Below the pieces are notes generated by a model. The model made no database searches and was not told the origin of the DNA. It saw only the letters and a program-made list of their open reading frames with translations. Positions 24,801 to 39,200 of a DNA stretch of 64,000 nt are shown here, one piece after another (positions within the stretch are counted from its first letter, which is position 1; each line of letters opens with the position of its first letter). The position numbers and the translations under genes were made by a program. The stretch is from Bilabrum cf. latius (lineage: Eukaryota), in assembly GCA_965178125.1 (NCBI GenBank), contig OZ237735.1, forward strand, positions 2,728,001 to 2,792,000, read 5' to 3'.

Positions 24801-27800
24801 CGCGCCTCTGCACCAGCCCAAGCGGAAAAGGATCAGATAGTAAGGCACTTGGGTTCCGTATTACGGCCAATTCAAACACAAATATCCCCCCTGGGACGAG
24901 CGCCCCGGCAGGCAGCGACAGGACAGGGCCGCGAGCCGAAGTCGTGTTGACGGCCGAGCCCAGCAGCTGAGCCGCAGTCTCTACAGGAGGCAAAACATCA
25001 GGTGTGGTTAAATTCAGCACATCTGGGGCCATAGGGTGAGTTGTATTTCCAAACGTACGGTTGTCCATGCAAGCCGACCCCTCAGCAAAAGCTAGTGTTG
25101 CCGACCCGATCGAGCCTATCTCCTCGAGCAGCATGTCCTGCCTCTCATGCAGCGACACCCGCCGGCAGCGCCACACAAGCTGCAGGGGGGCAGTAGTCAG
25201 ATCTAGATCGGCAGATTGCCCCCTTGCATCCAGTCGCAGGCCCTTTGCCGGCTATACTACTCGAGAAGCGCCCCCCGCGATGCCCGCGACCAGACCCGAG
25301 GGCCGGACTTGCACGGACACGTCCGCGGCGGCGGAGAGCAGCGCAGACGTCGAGCTATTGCCGGACTGCTGTGAGGTGACGCGTTGCCGCACGGTCGCTC
25401 GAAATGCGTACGTCCTACCCGGACGCAGGCTGCCAGCTGGCAACCGAAGGATGCGCCCGCCGTCCCTGGTCACTCGAGCAAGCGACGCGGCCGGAAGCCG
25501 CACGGCTGGCAAGCTTCCATGCGATACGCCTGTTGTGGGCTGTACCATCTGATTTACCCATGTCACATTCGAGTCAGTGACCTGACCAGACCCACAGGGT
25601 GACGCCCTCACCGTGACGGCCAGTTCAATAGGCGCCAAGGAGTTCGCAATCGCTACAGAGCCGCCCTGCACACTGATCACTGGCACTGGGGTGCTCACCC
25701 TGCGAACAGTCACCCTGGCGGTACCCACTGCGGTACTCAGGAAGTTCGCAACAGCAACCTGCAGCGTGATGCTCGATGCGGAGGCGGTTGGGGCGAAGGG
25801 CAGCGACACGCGAGGCAGCCTGCCAGAGGAGCCAGCCAGGTGCGCGGACACCGCGTCGATCTGTGAGCTGGAGGCACCAGGCATCGACACGAGAGACCAC
25901 TGGAAGCGCAATGGACGGCCGAGGCTTCCAAACGATGCCTCTGCAGTCGTCTCAACCGTATCGCAAGGCCCTATCTCTGCCGGTGCCTGCAGCACCGGCG
26001 TCGCCACTACCACTGAGGCGGGCGGCGGCGGCTCAATCAGCACGCATGCAGCCGGCATAGAGTCAATAGCGAATGGAACAGGTCGAATGACCCCCGAGCG
26101 AAACAGCAGCTACGACAGCGGGTGTTGCTGCTCTTGCCCATCGCAAGACGAGCCACCCGCCCAGGGGCTCTGCGGGACAACAGTAGCTCCTGGACCCGGC
26201 AGCACGTCGATCGTCCTTTCCCCGGAGAAGCGACACCAAGACGTCTGCCCCTGCACGCCAGAGGCAGTGGCACCAAGCGATGTGGTCACATTGTTGAGCA
26301 GCAGTGAGCACGGCCCTGCCTGCAGCCGCTGCCCCCCCTGCGTCACGAGGAAAGGATCGACGCGGCCGGCTAGCGTGACCCGGATGCGGCCCCCGCTGGG
26401 GTTGAACACGGCTGACTCAATGACCGGAGGCGCGGTCCTGCCCTGCAGTGTGACGGTCCCCTGTACCGCCCTGTACTCGAGCTACTCGTCCTGGCCTTGC
26501 GGCTGGGTGGCCGCCCGGAGCCCCATCCCGGTCCACTGCAGGACCTGCCCAGCTCTCAGTTTCACGCGGTCCGGCGGCACCACGACCAGCACAGACACAG
26601 ACTGCCAGGCGCAGAACGCCGGTGACTCCATCGCATCACCAAGTGTCTGCTGCAACGACTTGGAATTGAACACGGCAGAGCAGCGGAAACCGCTCTGCCG
26701 CACGAGTGGGACCAGCCCTGTCGATGCAGCCTATGAGGAGAGCGATGGAATGCCATTGAGCACCCGCTATCTCGCCATGTTGGTGCCTCGGTCGAATCGA
26801 ATGACGGCTGCCTCCGCAGCGTCGAGTACCCTGGCCTCTGCCACTTGGGGCGCATCCACGGGAACCACCACCAGCTGGCTCTCGATAGGCAGCACCAGCT
26901 CGAGCACCTGCACCGACAGCGAGACAGGGTCACCAATGGAGGACGTGGCCCTCGATCCAGCCGCAACCTGCGTGGCTGTGTCGTAGTTTGGATCTGCACT
27001 GGACAGTGATACTGTCAGCCTGGATCCGATCTGCTGTCGGCCTTCAATGGGCAGCGGGCGGGCGGACCGCACGAAGAACCTCGCGGGACTCTCCCATGCC
27101 GACTGCGTCACGACTCGCGACAACGGTTCAACTTTCAGACCGTACTGATCCATGGACTCCGTGCTCATCCGGATCGTTACAGGGTGTAAAGGCGCAGTCT
27201 CAAGGTAAATCATGATCGATTCCGACGTTGCTTTGTACCGATTATAGCCTAACTCAGAGTCCAGTTCCTCCTGCCCGACAACCGTGAGACTTTGTGGATT
27301 GATGCGGATGCCCGGACGGTCCACGTCGGCCAATGGCGCATAGATGAGCCCCAACATCGATGGATGCGTGGCAGTCACCAAACCGTAGTACACAGGGTCA
27401 GCTGAGCTCTCCTGGACCAGCGCCGACACGCGCACAGCGCTCCTATTCGAACCAAACAGCCCGTCGGGAAGAGTGGTTAGGACCGAGAGCTGGGGCACAT
27501 TCCAGTTGGACGGTGTGAATTGCATGCTCTGCACGCTAAGCGTGCTGATCTTCTCCTCCGGCAGAGAGTCCTCACCATCCACGAACAATTCCACCGTGAC
27601 CTGGTACTCCGGTTCGCTCGACAGCGATAGTCCGATAGCAAACACCGAGCCCTCGTCCCAGGGATCGCCCCCTGGGGAGAGTAACACGCTCTAGTCGGGT
27701 GCTTCTGGGCGCCCTGTGTCCTGCAGCACTGGCAACTGCCTCGGGCTCACGGCTGCAATCACATCGTCGATCTGCTCCTGACTCAAACCGTCCGTACTGA

Positions 27801-30800
27801 CTCTCTCGCCCCGCAGCACCAGGCCGGCGTAGTCGTCCTCGATCTAACGAAGCTCCACCCGCGTGCTTGCCAGCACTGCGTTTAGAGGATCAACCACATC
27901 GAGATTGAAATCCAAGCCGGGGCATGCTCCAGCAGCAATCTGATCGCCGGGCAGCTGCAAGTGCACGGGGATGGAGATAGGCGCATTGAGTCTTCCGGCG
28001 GGTATTGTGGACAATAAGAATCCTGGAGCTGTGCGATCGACCACTTGTCTCCAGTCTTGGCCCCTTGCGTTCAAAGGCAGCAGTGTGGTGATACTGCAGC
28101 CAGGCGTGGACGACTGAGGGCCACCCGCAGACACGAATAGCCTCAGACCCTCCTGAGCCACCTCGCGGGTTAGCGAGACATTCAGGCGAAGTAGAGCACC
28201 TTCACTCGCTTGCACGGTGGCGAGTCCATCCGCGTAGTTATCGCCAGCAGGACCGGTTGTCGTCGATTCTAGGTTGAACAGTATCCCAGTAAACCCCTGG
28301 ACACCGGCTGGAAGCTCGTCGAACTTGACTGCACGAACCCGGTCCCTGTCGCCCTCGAACTCAAACACAGCCACCACGGGCAGCTCAGGTCGGGGAGTAG
28401 CCGATCTTTGAGGCTAAACGGTGGGCGCGGAGCTAGAGCTAGCAGCTACGCTAGGGCTGCTTGATGGTGATTGTGACGGTGTCGGTGTCGGTGTCGGGGT
28501 CGGTAGGCTGGTTGGTGATGACACCCTGCTGACGTTCAGCTTGAAGAGGTTTACCTCCCCTTGATTTGATAACTTCAGCGGGGATCCAACTGCAAACCAT
28601 ACAGATGTGCTCTGGAGGTCGCTCGATTGTTCCTTGCGATACACACCAACGGATTGACCGAAGTTTCCGTCTAGTGTAACGATGAGACTGATAGCATAGT
28701 TACCCTGGGACAGAACTCGAAGTGCCTCCACCGTGCCGCCGGCCTGCATCTGCAAGTAGTATACTGCACCAGACTAGCCGTCTATATTACGGTCCAAGTC
28801 GTGACCGGGCGCCCCGACCAGCAAGTCCTCCACTCCAGAGCCAGTCGTGTCTCCGATCGTGCTCACAGCGGTACCGAACCGCTCGTTGCCCTTGAAGCGG
28901 GTTCCGCTGATCCCGCCACGAACATTGGAGACTTGTTGCCCATCAATCACGGTTCCATTTGCGTCAAGACTGGTCACGAATATGCCCCCTCCATTCCCAG
29001 CGTTCAATCCATTCCCGGGCGCACCAACGATGAGCCCTCGCACCCCTCCGGAATGGTAGGGCAGTGCTGCCACGGCTATTGAGCTGCCGAAGTCTCCGTA
29101 TATGCCGGGCGGCTCTCCACGAGCGCCAGAAAAGAAGTAACCACTCGACACTGTCGTAGCAATGCGCTCGAAGCGACGCACCATGTCGTTGCCTCGTAGG
29201 AACAGCAAGAACACGCTTCCTTCAGACACCCCGTCTTCGTCATCCGGCGCACCCACGCCCAGATCGACAAATCCGTCGCCATCAATGTCGCCCAACTGCT
29301 CGATGACACTCCCAAACTTCGATCCGGATGGAACGGCTCCGCTTGGCAAGCCACCGATCCCGTTCCCAATCTCCTGGATGCTGCTTGCGTGTCCTGTCGC
29401 ATTCACGCGATATATTGCGATGCCATACTGTGCACTCTGGCTCAGATCGAACCCGCATGCAATTCGGTGCAGCGAGATCTCTTGGCCGCTTGTCTAGCGG
29501 TACCCGGAAACGCCTTGTCCGAGCCGGACGAACTGCTGCGCAGCAGCTTGCAGCCCAGGTGCGGTGGATGCCGCAATAAAGAAAGAGCTTTTAGGCCGTC
29601 CATCCGCACCCATCAAGAACACATCGACTCGTCCATACTGCCCATTGAGCTCGAAGCGCGGTGTGGACACCGCCAGGTCCATGGTGCCGCTGTCATCGAC
29701 ATCTCCAACCACCGATACAACCGAGCCAAATTCACTTCGGGGGCCAGAGTGCGAGACCGGCTCGAGGGGCGCATCTGCCGTCAGTACCGCGAAGTCTTCC
29801 TCTGGAACAGGCGAGACGGAAGGCGTGGGCGTGGGCGAGACGGATGGAGTTGGAAGTGGGGTTGACGATGGCGTCACGGATGGGGATGGTGTCGGTAGGG
29901 ACTCTTGAGCTGGGTTGGTGCCCGCCCGGCCTTGCGCTAGCTGCACTAGGTACGTGGACCCCTGAGATAAGCTGATGAGCACGTCAGGGATTCCATCCCC
30001 GGACACGTCACCGAGCCCGTTGGAAATGCCAGAACCAAAGTTGATGGGCTGAACTAGGCCAGCGATACCCAATGAGTCCTGGAAAATCTCAGAGTAGTGA
30101 AGCACGGCCGCATCCTAGTCCAGTTCGAAAATGAACACCGAGCCGCAAGCATTAGTGCTATCGCATCCTGCAAATGTCCTTCCAGGAACGGAGACTGCAA
30201 TATCTCCGTACCCATCGCCACCGATATCACCCAGCCCACCGGCAGCCTATCCAAAGAAGTCATTCGTGTTCCACATTCCAGGAGGAAGCTGCCTCCTGAT
30301 GCTCACCGACCTCGCCACTTGACCGGGTGACATGACACCTTCGATGTTCCGTTTCTGCAGGAAGACGACATACACCTCACCCACATTGGTAAATTGAACA
30401 GCCTCTGGTGTACCACTGAACAAGACGCCCTGGTTGGGATCACTGAGCAGGATCTCGTCGTAGCCATCACCATCCACGTCTTGCTTGCCCAGGCGGCGTC
30501 CAGCCGAGCTAGTCAAGCCGGAAGCGACAGAACCACGAGAAATATATACAGGAGATTCAATCGAGGCAGTTGGAGAGCGCACTGCCACCAGCCAGAACCC
30601 GGCCCTCTCACTTATGGCCATCCAGGTAGTGCCCAGTGACGTGCTGTTGCCGAATTGCAAGCGTAGGATCTATTCGCCGAAGAACGTCCAAGATGTCAGC
30701 GCAGGCGGGTTCTCGTTGCCAAAAGTCTGCATGGATTTCACCGTACCTGCCCGCGTCAGAAGCAACAGATGCGCCTGGTAGTCTCCGAACCGTTCTCCCA

Positions 30801-32547
30801 CAACAATGTCCGGCACGCCGTCGCCGTCTGCATCGCCCGCGGCAGCCACCCCATGGCCGAACTCCTAGATGGTGACGCCACTGGGGAGTGCAGATGCCAA
30901 CCCACCGTCATCGAGCGATATCGCTTGCACCGCTCGGATTCCCTTGAAGCCCGGCTCCATGAACAGGATGAGCAGGGCCCCTGTGTTGGTGCTGCTGCTG
31001 ATGTCCCTGTACCAGTTCCACGAGCACGCCCAGTCCAGATGCCCGTCATTGTCAACATCGCCTACTACGTCGCAGGACCGAAGCATCATGAACCTATTGT
31101 TCTGCGTTGCCCCTGCATCCGCTAACACCTGCATGGTATAGTCGAACTCAATCGCGGCGCCAAACGGTGACCCAGTGCTGGGAGCTGCCAGGGACACTAG
31201 AGCGAGAGAGCCCTAATTGGCCGGATCGTCCGATCCACCGGAGAGTCCAACGGCTATGTGCACCCTGCCATCTTCTCGCAGACCTTGGATGCTTGTGATT
31301 GACCTGCCAAAGGCCATCACACTGGCAATGCCTGGGCCCAGCCCTGCTGTTAGGCGATCCAGCTTGGTCAGCACCGCCACCGGCATCGCCCGGCTGGTCA
31401 CGATAATCTTCAGGATCCACACAGCCCCGCTAGCGCCGCTACTAGCCGAGTCATCCCCCGGCGCAGCCACTGCCAAGTCGTCGAACGAGTCCCCGCTCAC
31501 ATCGGGAATGCGCGCCAGGCTTTCTCCAAAGCGGTGACCGGCAGCGAGCGCGGCAGCCGGCAGTCCTCCCCGCCCGGGCTGCACGAGTGTGTACGCATCC
31601 ACCGTGGCGTTCGGTAGCAGATCGACCACTACTATAGCGCCCTGCCCGGGCCTCCCCGGTGCCTCTGTGTTCCCCCCGCCGATGGCCAGCCTGGCCCCGA
31701 ACCTGGCCCCGCCGCTCGAGTCCAGGATGCGTGCGATGGACGTCACGTCGGTGCACAGCCCATCCACGCTCACTGCCTGCAGATCCAGCCCCTCGAGTCC
31801 CTCGGAACCCTACGTACTGATTCTGACGATGCCTTTGACTGTATCATTGCCGTGCATGTACAAGATGCGCAGCCGGCCTGCCCCACCGGCGCCACCCGGT
31901 GAACACACCGCCAGATCATTCAGGCCGTCTTTGTCAAAGTCACCGACCGATGCGGAGATGCTATGGGCAAATAGGGCCCCCGTGTCTAGTTCCCCGTCGG
32001 GGATGCCGCCCATGCCGCTCGAGAGCAGCGTCTGGTGCACGGCGTGTCCAGTGGAGTTGATGCGAGCCACCAGGAGGGCGCCCATGGGCTGGCCTTCCTG
32101 CTCCCAATCCGGGGCTCCGACCAACAGGCGGACGAGGGAGGGATCGTCCCCGTTTGGTTGCCGCATCGCGGCCAATCCAGCTCCGAACGAGTCGTTCCTT
32201 GCTAGGCGACCATCGATCGCAGAAATGTATTCCGGCTCGAGCGACCTCTACGACTTCACTGTCCCATTCGAGTGCATTAGGAGCAGAGTCACTCGATTGA
32301 GTTGCAATGAGTGAACAGCAATTTCGTCCGTGTCGTCTCCATCAATATCTGGAACTGGCGCTGTTGTGGAGCCGAACAGCTCACCGGGCTCCAGGTTATC
32401 GAGTTGGAAGCCATCCTCGCTAGTGCCGCCAATCGTTGCTGAAGACACGACAGTGGTCCACGGCTACGGCTATGCGGATACGCCCAAACAGGAGACCAAG
32501 CCAATAATGGTTACCAATACTGGCCACATAAAGTTGCGCCAAAACAT
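18706..32547 (-). CDS. Giant (4613 aa) polycystin-1/REJ-like membrane receptor with N-terminal FG-GAP (integrin-alpha type) repeats
   Basis: A single intron-free frame of 13842 bp with about 35 TAG and no TAA/TGA. In order: signal peptide MFWRNFMWPVLVTIIGLVSCLGVSA, many DxDGDGxxD-GAP repeats, Pro/Thr/Ser linkers, REJ-type motifs (LRLDARGQSADLD, WTD..QPLTYRFGY), EGF-like CSGRGTC..CVCQTGWSGRAC, GPS site CASIHLSDF, and transmembrane segments with HMWGSIF..TRPQRL. Confidence 0.85.
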
Positions 32548-33453
32548 CCTCCCAGCCTCCGAAACCGGTTAGCTTGAACGCCTTGCTCGAACAGAGGGGT
32601 CACCGATGAAACGCGCGATTGCAATCGTCCTTGTATACACTGGTTGGAATTCCAAGGCGTCCTTGTCCTTCTCAGCGCCTGTTTGCTGCGAAAAGAGATA
32701 GGGTTGCGGCAATCACTGGCAGTCATGCTGGCGTGGAACGCCCCCTGCCCTCAAGATCACGCGGTACATTGGGAATCTCAGTGAAAGCCCGGGAACTAAA
32801 ATCAGTGGCACGCGAGATCCTTAGTCGAAGCAACTGAACTACTCTCGTGCACAAACGACAACCGTCGTTGGTACCGTGGCGATCAGCGAAAGGCAATGAG
32901 ACAGTTTGGCTGGATGCTCAGGGCTCATCACTAACCTAGGACACAATATACACGATACTGAATAATGCTTTTGAGGGAATTCGCCAAGATACCTCAGAAG
33001 CTCGGAAAATTGTGGCCAGGAAGACTACATTCGCGCTGTCGGGTCGGAAGAATCCGCTTGGTCGCAAGGGGAAAATTTTTGCCTTTAGACTGTATTTATG
33101 ATTGATGTACTGCTGCAGCACATATTTAGCGTACGGATTGTACCTTGTAGCCGTGCAGATAACCAGAAACGACACGAATGTGGCTGGGATAGACATCATG
33201 ATGAACCAATGCTTGAAGTAGCCTCGAATATATGCGAAGGTGGAGGGTGAGTACAGCTCTGGGAACTCAAGTCATCATATAAATAAAGATAAATTTCCCG
33301 TGGTGATTTCGATGCCTGCCTGGGTGGTATAGCCGTCCGGCCTGAAAGATTGTAGTTTACATCATTCATTCTCACTCTCATTGCCATCTTTGGGACGAAA
33401 CATTTAGTGTTTCTGACCGTGTCCCGCCGTTCTAGCTCAGAATATCGAATTAA

Positions 33454-36120
33454 ATGTCTCTCTTTGGGGATGACGATGAAGGCGGCGGGGCCCTTTGGGA
33501 AATGGATGGTATGGTGCAGGAAAGGTAAGCCTTCCGCTGTTGGTAATCGACGCCTACGCAGCTCAACAAGTTTGAATAAGGACCCCACCGCGATAACTTT
33601 CTCAAGTGCAGTCGCTTAGTAGATATGTTGCTGGGAGATTCTGGGTCGTTCTCGCTCAACGATGTGCTGGACGAGGACGACGTAATCCAAGAGCTCAAAG
33701 GAATGAATCCTGCGCTGCTCGAATTGTAAGTCCAAGCCTGGCATTGCTCCGATCGCAAACATAATTTTAAATATCCATACTAGATCATAGGTTGCTCTGG
33801 CACCCGCAGTTTTGGTGCAGAGGATACCTGCAGAAAGCTTGCAGAGCTGATCGCCGAACCAGCTGCAACGGCGGACACCAAGCGTGCGTTCCGGTATCCT
33901 CACATGGCCACTCAAGTTGTTTGCAGCGGAAGTGAGCCCATCATGCGAAATTTGTGCGACGATCACAAGGGCTTGGTTGACATCCTCCTGCAAGGTGTTG
34001 CGCAGCACCGGCCGTGCAGGCCATACCTGGCGGGGTACATCGCAAAATCGGTTGCAGCCATTGCCGCTGCCGCCCCCGCAACTGTCGCGAGGGCTGCAGC
34101 TCGCACAAAGGGCCTCGGCGCATCGCTGCTCTGCTAGCTGGACAACGGCTCGCTGGCCGACCTCCTGGAGCTGCTGCTGGGCCTACCTGTGGTCGCCCCT
34201 GGCCCTGACCCTTTCGAGGATGAGCCAGGCTTGGGCTCTGTGTCAGGGGCAGAAGAATCGACGTGGGCAAAGGACGCGCCCAGAATCTGTGTAGACCCAC
34301 CGTCAGCCTTCTTGCCCGGCATCATTGGGCATGCTACGCAGGGGCCGGGGCAGGGGCAGGGCGTGGAGGTCGAGGGCGAGGGGTCGAAGCCCGAGGCAAC
34401 GACCGTGACAAGCAACCCTCTTGCTGCCGCGGAGCTATGGATGGCCAGGAGAGGAGGCAAAGGGTCTTTGTCCGATGCCGCTGCAGCTGTCAGCTGTCTC
34501 AGCGCGGACAGCCTCGCAGACCCCGAGGTTTAGCCCGTGCCCGTGCCGCTGGCTCGCTCCTATGCGGCCACGCATGCCAGCGCGATGCTGGACCGGTGGG
34601 TGTCTAGGGGTCTCTGCGTGCCCCATCAGAGTGCACTCCTGCGATCTGCGAGGGGTGACAGAGACCTGTGGAGGCGGCTTGAGGGAGCTGCTGCATCGCT
34701 CTGGGAAGGCGAGGGACCGGGGACACCAAGATCAGTCGCAGCCAGCACGGCCGTGGACCCATTGGTGCTGGGCCCGCCGCCTGCCGCCTCTAACGACTCT
34801 GGGGGGCTGGGTGCGCCCCTGCCCACAGTTGCGATGACCACCATGCTGCACAACCCGGGGGTGGCCGATGGCCTGGCTGCCGCGGCGAAGCGGGCGCTGG
34901 ATCAGGCGGTGAGCCTGCAGCAGGCGTCTGGGCCAGCAAGCGCTCCGGGGGCAGCTCTTAGCATTGGGGCCATGCAGGGGATGGCAGCCGTGCGAGCATC
35001 AGCCGAGCTGGCGCGATGTGATGCTGCCCTCGCCGTGGTGGCATCGTTGGCAAAAGCAGCGACGTGGCTGGCTGGCGGGCGGGCAGGGTGCTGGTCGCAG
35101 CACCAGACCTTGCTGCGGCTAGCCAGCACGGGACCCATCGCACGATCCGGACCGCCCCTTGAGAGCAGCAAGGGCGGCAGAGGTGCCGGCAACGGGGGTA
35201 ACTCGAGACTGCAGGTCGTGGTGGAGACGGGGCCGCAGCAGTCTCGCAGACGGGCTGCGGATGCTGCGGCATCAGCAGGTGCATCGTCCAAGCCTGTGCC
35301 CCTACTGGTCGCCCTGGCCTCCGAAGTGCTGCCTTCCAGCGCTTCCTTCCTGCGGGCTGCTGCTGAGCACGCCCGCCAGTTTGCAGAGAAGCGCTACGCA
35401 GAGGCCAAGGAGCAAGGAAGACCGGTGCGAGCCGCGGAGCCGCAGGCTGGCAGGTTTGGGGCCCCGTCGTTCGGGGCCATCGGGCTGCGGGCCCTGCAGC
35501 TGCTCTTTAGCACAGCCGCGGCAGCGCAGCTGCCAGCGATTTGGGAGGGCGTGGAACGCAGCGGCGCGCTGGTGGCCGCTGTGGGCGCGTTCGAGGCCTA
35601 TCCCTGGCACTCGCAACTGCACGTGATTGTGGAGGCAGGGCTGCGGGCGCTGCTCGAGAAGGGCACTGACGCGGTGAGGAGACACGTCATATTCCCGAGC
35701 GAGGTGCCGGGTGCAGCAGGGGCGGGCGGAGCGGGATCTCCTGGAGGGTGTGCGCTGCCGGCTCGCATCATGCGTGCCTTTGATGTGGCTGGTGCCCCTC
35801 GCAGCATTGCAGAGCTTGAAATGCCGCCGAGAGAGCGTGAGAAGGCCAGGCCTGCTCTCAGGATTGGGTACTTGGGCCACTACCGATAGCTGGCAAACTG
35901 CATCGTGTCCCTGCCCGAGTGGAACGACCGACTCACGAGTGAACTGCCCGGATGGGGCGACTTTGTGGACGGTGCACTTGCCATTGCCAATTTACTGACG
36001 AACGAGCAGGTCGGTGGGGCGGTGCCAAGAGGGGACGGCGGTGCGAGTGCCACGACTGGCGGGGGACCCATGGTGGACGAGGTGGCAGCCATGGACACCG
36101 ACACAGCAGATGGAAGCTAA
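33454..36120 (+). CDS. SIT4/PP6 phosphatase-associated protein (SAPS family); introns 33525-33611 and 33726-33809
   Basis: The spliced N-terminus FSLNDVLDEDDVIQELKGMNPALLEFF..KRAFRYPHMATQVVCS and the C-terminal RIGYLGHYR[TAG]LANCIV match SAPS blocks. Three internal TAG; ends in TAA. Confidence 0.85.
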
Positions 36121-36208
36121 ATGATTTATCTGATTTATCTGCACAACAACTATCGATCCAACATTTTGTCTAAGCCGGACTGGAGCCTCCAGTGTACTAA
36201 CCATCTCC

Positions 36209-39200
36209 TCATACCCCGGTAGCACCGGTTGCAAGTGTAGCAGAGGCATGGTCGCTTCTCCACCGAGCAAGCAATGCATCCCCTGTGCCCGCGATCGGCC
36301 GCGCAAAGGGGTTCATGGGCTAGGTTGCAGAACTGCCTGAACGGTCGGATGGTCCGGTTGAAACACCGATTCGCCGTGCGGCTTGCAGCTCAGCAACATG
36401 GGGCGACAGGACGCTCCTGCGCCCTAGAGTTCCTGAGCCGTCGAATCGACCTACTGAGCTACCTAGCAGCACAAATCCAGACGCAGCGCGCTCAACGCGC
36501 CGAGCCTTGTGCGGGCGCAGGTGCACGACACTCCCCGATGCACCTCGTGAGGACGACAGACTAGAACCTGCTACCTGACCGCTGCCTACCAGGGAGCCAA
36601 GGTGGCCAAGGCCAGGGAGCGTGCCTGAGCCTGCCAGCCTCTCCCGAGCCTGCCCGTCCTGTACCAGACCAGCAGCAGCTAGTGATGCTGGGCTCGTCAA
36701 GGAGCGCGAATTTGCCTGCGATTGGGTGGCTGCGCTGTTTCTCGCCGAAGGAGCATCCGGCCTAGCGGTTGCTGGCGTACGCCTGGTCTTCCTGCGCACC
36801 CTGATGGGCTAAGGGTCGTCCTCAGGGTCTTCCACTAGCTCTGGATGCTCCTCGAGGGCCGAATCCAGCACGCTGTCCATGAAGCCCACTGCCTGGTCAG
36901 GCACTGCAGCACCCCTGCTGCTGCCCCTGAGCTGCTGGTCGATCGCATCAGGCCCACCATCGCCATCTCCAGAAGAGCTGGAAGCCGCATCTTCACCAGT
37001 GTCCTCCCTCGCGCTGGCCCTGGACAAAGATTCCTGCAGTATCCTATACTTTGCAGCACCAGGGCCGACAGGTGCAGCGTCCCCGGCTCCTTCTCCTTGG
37101 CCGGGAGCAGTTGCACCGGCTTGGCTGCGACCCTGCTAGGCAGCACTCGAAGAGGCCGAATACGATGCCGCAGCACTTGACGCGGATGCAGGCGCCATCA
37201 ACCTCCCGGCTTGGTCTGCTGATGGCTCATATGCCTCCTGCGCAACAGCGCCAGCGATGGATTGTGCCTCCACTGCAGCAGCTTCAGCGGTTCGAATCCT
37301 TGACACGCCTGCTTTGCGCCTGCCTGTGGAGGCTGATTCCCTCCCCCTGTTCCCCTGCCTCTGTCCACTAATACGCGAAATGCTTTGCGCATCTTGATGC
37401 TACTGCATCTGCTGCTGCTGCTGCTGCTACTGCTGCTACTGCTGCTGCTACTGCTGCTGCTCATCAAATTCCATGGGAGGCGGCCTCTCATACCGAAAGA
37501 GCCCCCTGAAATCGTCTCCGGAGGTCTTTGCCCGCAGTGACGGGTCAATCAGGATGCGTCGTTGAATCACTGTCTTCCATACCTGCCGGTGGTATACCTT
37601 CTCCTCCACAGTACCAGCGCTGATTAGCCGCAGCACGGTTACCGGCTTGGTTTGCCCGAGGCGCCACGCCCTCTCCCTCGCCTGTGCGTCCGTGGAGGGG
37701 TTCCAATCTGGGTCGAACAGCACCACGCGGTCTGCACCCTGTAGGTTGAGACCCACTCCGCCCACCCTCGTGGTGAGCAAGAAGAGAGAAATGCTCTCGT
37801 CTGCATTGAACTGGTCCACCAGGGCCTGCCTGTGCCTCACGCCGGTAGACCCATCCAGCCTGAGGTACCTCACAGGTCCCATAGGACCGGGCGCGCTGTC
37901 ATCGCTGTCTGACTCTGCAGCGGCCGCCGATGCAGCTTCGCCTGAGCGCTTCTGACTACCCTATACTTTGGTGCCGTCGTCCTTCTATTCCACGTCACCG
38001 TCCGACTCCGACTCCGATCCTGACCCAGCCGTAGCCCTGCTTCCTCCCTTCTGCTTCTTCGCCGCCTTCCTTGGCTTCCTCTTCTTCGGCGCAGCATCCT
38101 CGTCCAGCATCCCCTGCGCGATGAACTCCTCGATCAGGTCCAGCATCTAGGTGCCCTGGCAGAACAGCAGGGTGCGGTGACCAGTCTTGCGCCAGAGCCG
38201 CAAGATTTCCCGTAGCACAAGCAACTTGCCCGCATCGCGCCACGAGGGGCCCTCAGCGCCAATCCGGCGGTACCCTGGCACCGAGTCGGGGTTCCAGCGG
38301 CTGTACGCATTTCCATACGACCCGCTATATCCGCCACGACCACTGCCCCTGCCACTACCGCTCGAGGCCTGCGCTGCCCCTCCCATCCGAAGCAGGTCGG
38401 GATGATTGCAGATCTTCCGCATCACCGTGAGTGCCCGGAGCGCCTGGTTGCGCCTGTCTAGCACCCCGGCCACTTCGTCCGACTGCAAGAAAGAAAGGTA
38501 TAGATCCTCCTGCAGAGGTGACAGTCGACAGAAAACCACGCGCTCTCGCTTCTGCGGGAGCTGCTGGGCCACCTGGCGTTTACGACGCCGCAGAAGCAGC
38601 GGTTGGAGCGCCTCTCGTAGCGCGCCAGCCCTCTAGAACGCCGTGGCCGCCGTGGACGCGCTTGCATTCGTCACCGCCCCCTGCGCGATGGGCTGTGCGT
38701 AGTGTGCCTCGAAGGAGCCGAGGTCTCCCAGGCGGTCCGGCACCGCGAAATCAACCAGGCTCCAGAGCTCCTGCAGCGAGTTTTGAAGCGGGGAGCCGGT
38801 CACTAGCAGCTTATGCCTCGCCTAGACTCGCTTGACGCAGGCAGTGATTGCAGCTGCCGGGTTCCTGATCCTGTGCCCCTCGTCTAGCACCATGTAGTCC
38901 CATCTAGAGTCGCCGAATGAGGCCTCTGCCGCCCGCAGTCCAGAGTACGTCGTGATGATTACGCTACCCCGCAGCGGCACCCTCGGCCCTAGGGCCCCCT
39001 CTGTCCTCCCCTCTCCCAGGGGACCCCATCTGGCCCTCGCCTCCCGCACCACGCGGTCCGCGCTCCAACCGGCCACTGATCGCGACCTTCCAGACTCGTG
39101 CCACACGTAGAACCGCACGGTCGGCGCCCATTTCCTCAGTTCCGCAGCCCACTGAGTCACTAGACTCGCTGGTGACACCAACAGCGATGGACCCAGCATG

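Noticed and set aside
37289-37299. GGTTCGAATCC T-loop/B-box motif suggesting a tRNA (possible suppressor tRNA-Gln)
   Set aside because: It lies inside the helicase CDS and I could not fold a cloverleaf around it. No tRNA gene was recognised in the window.
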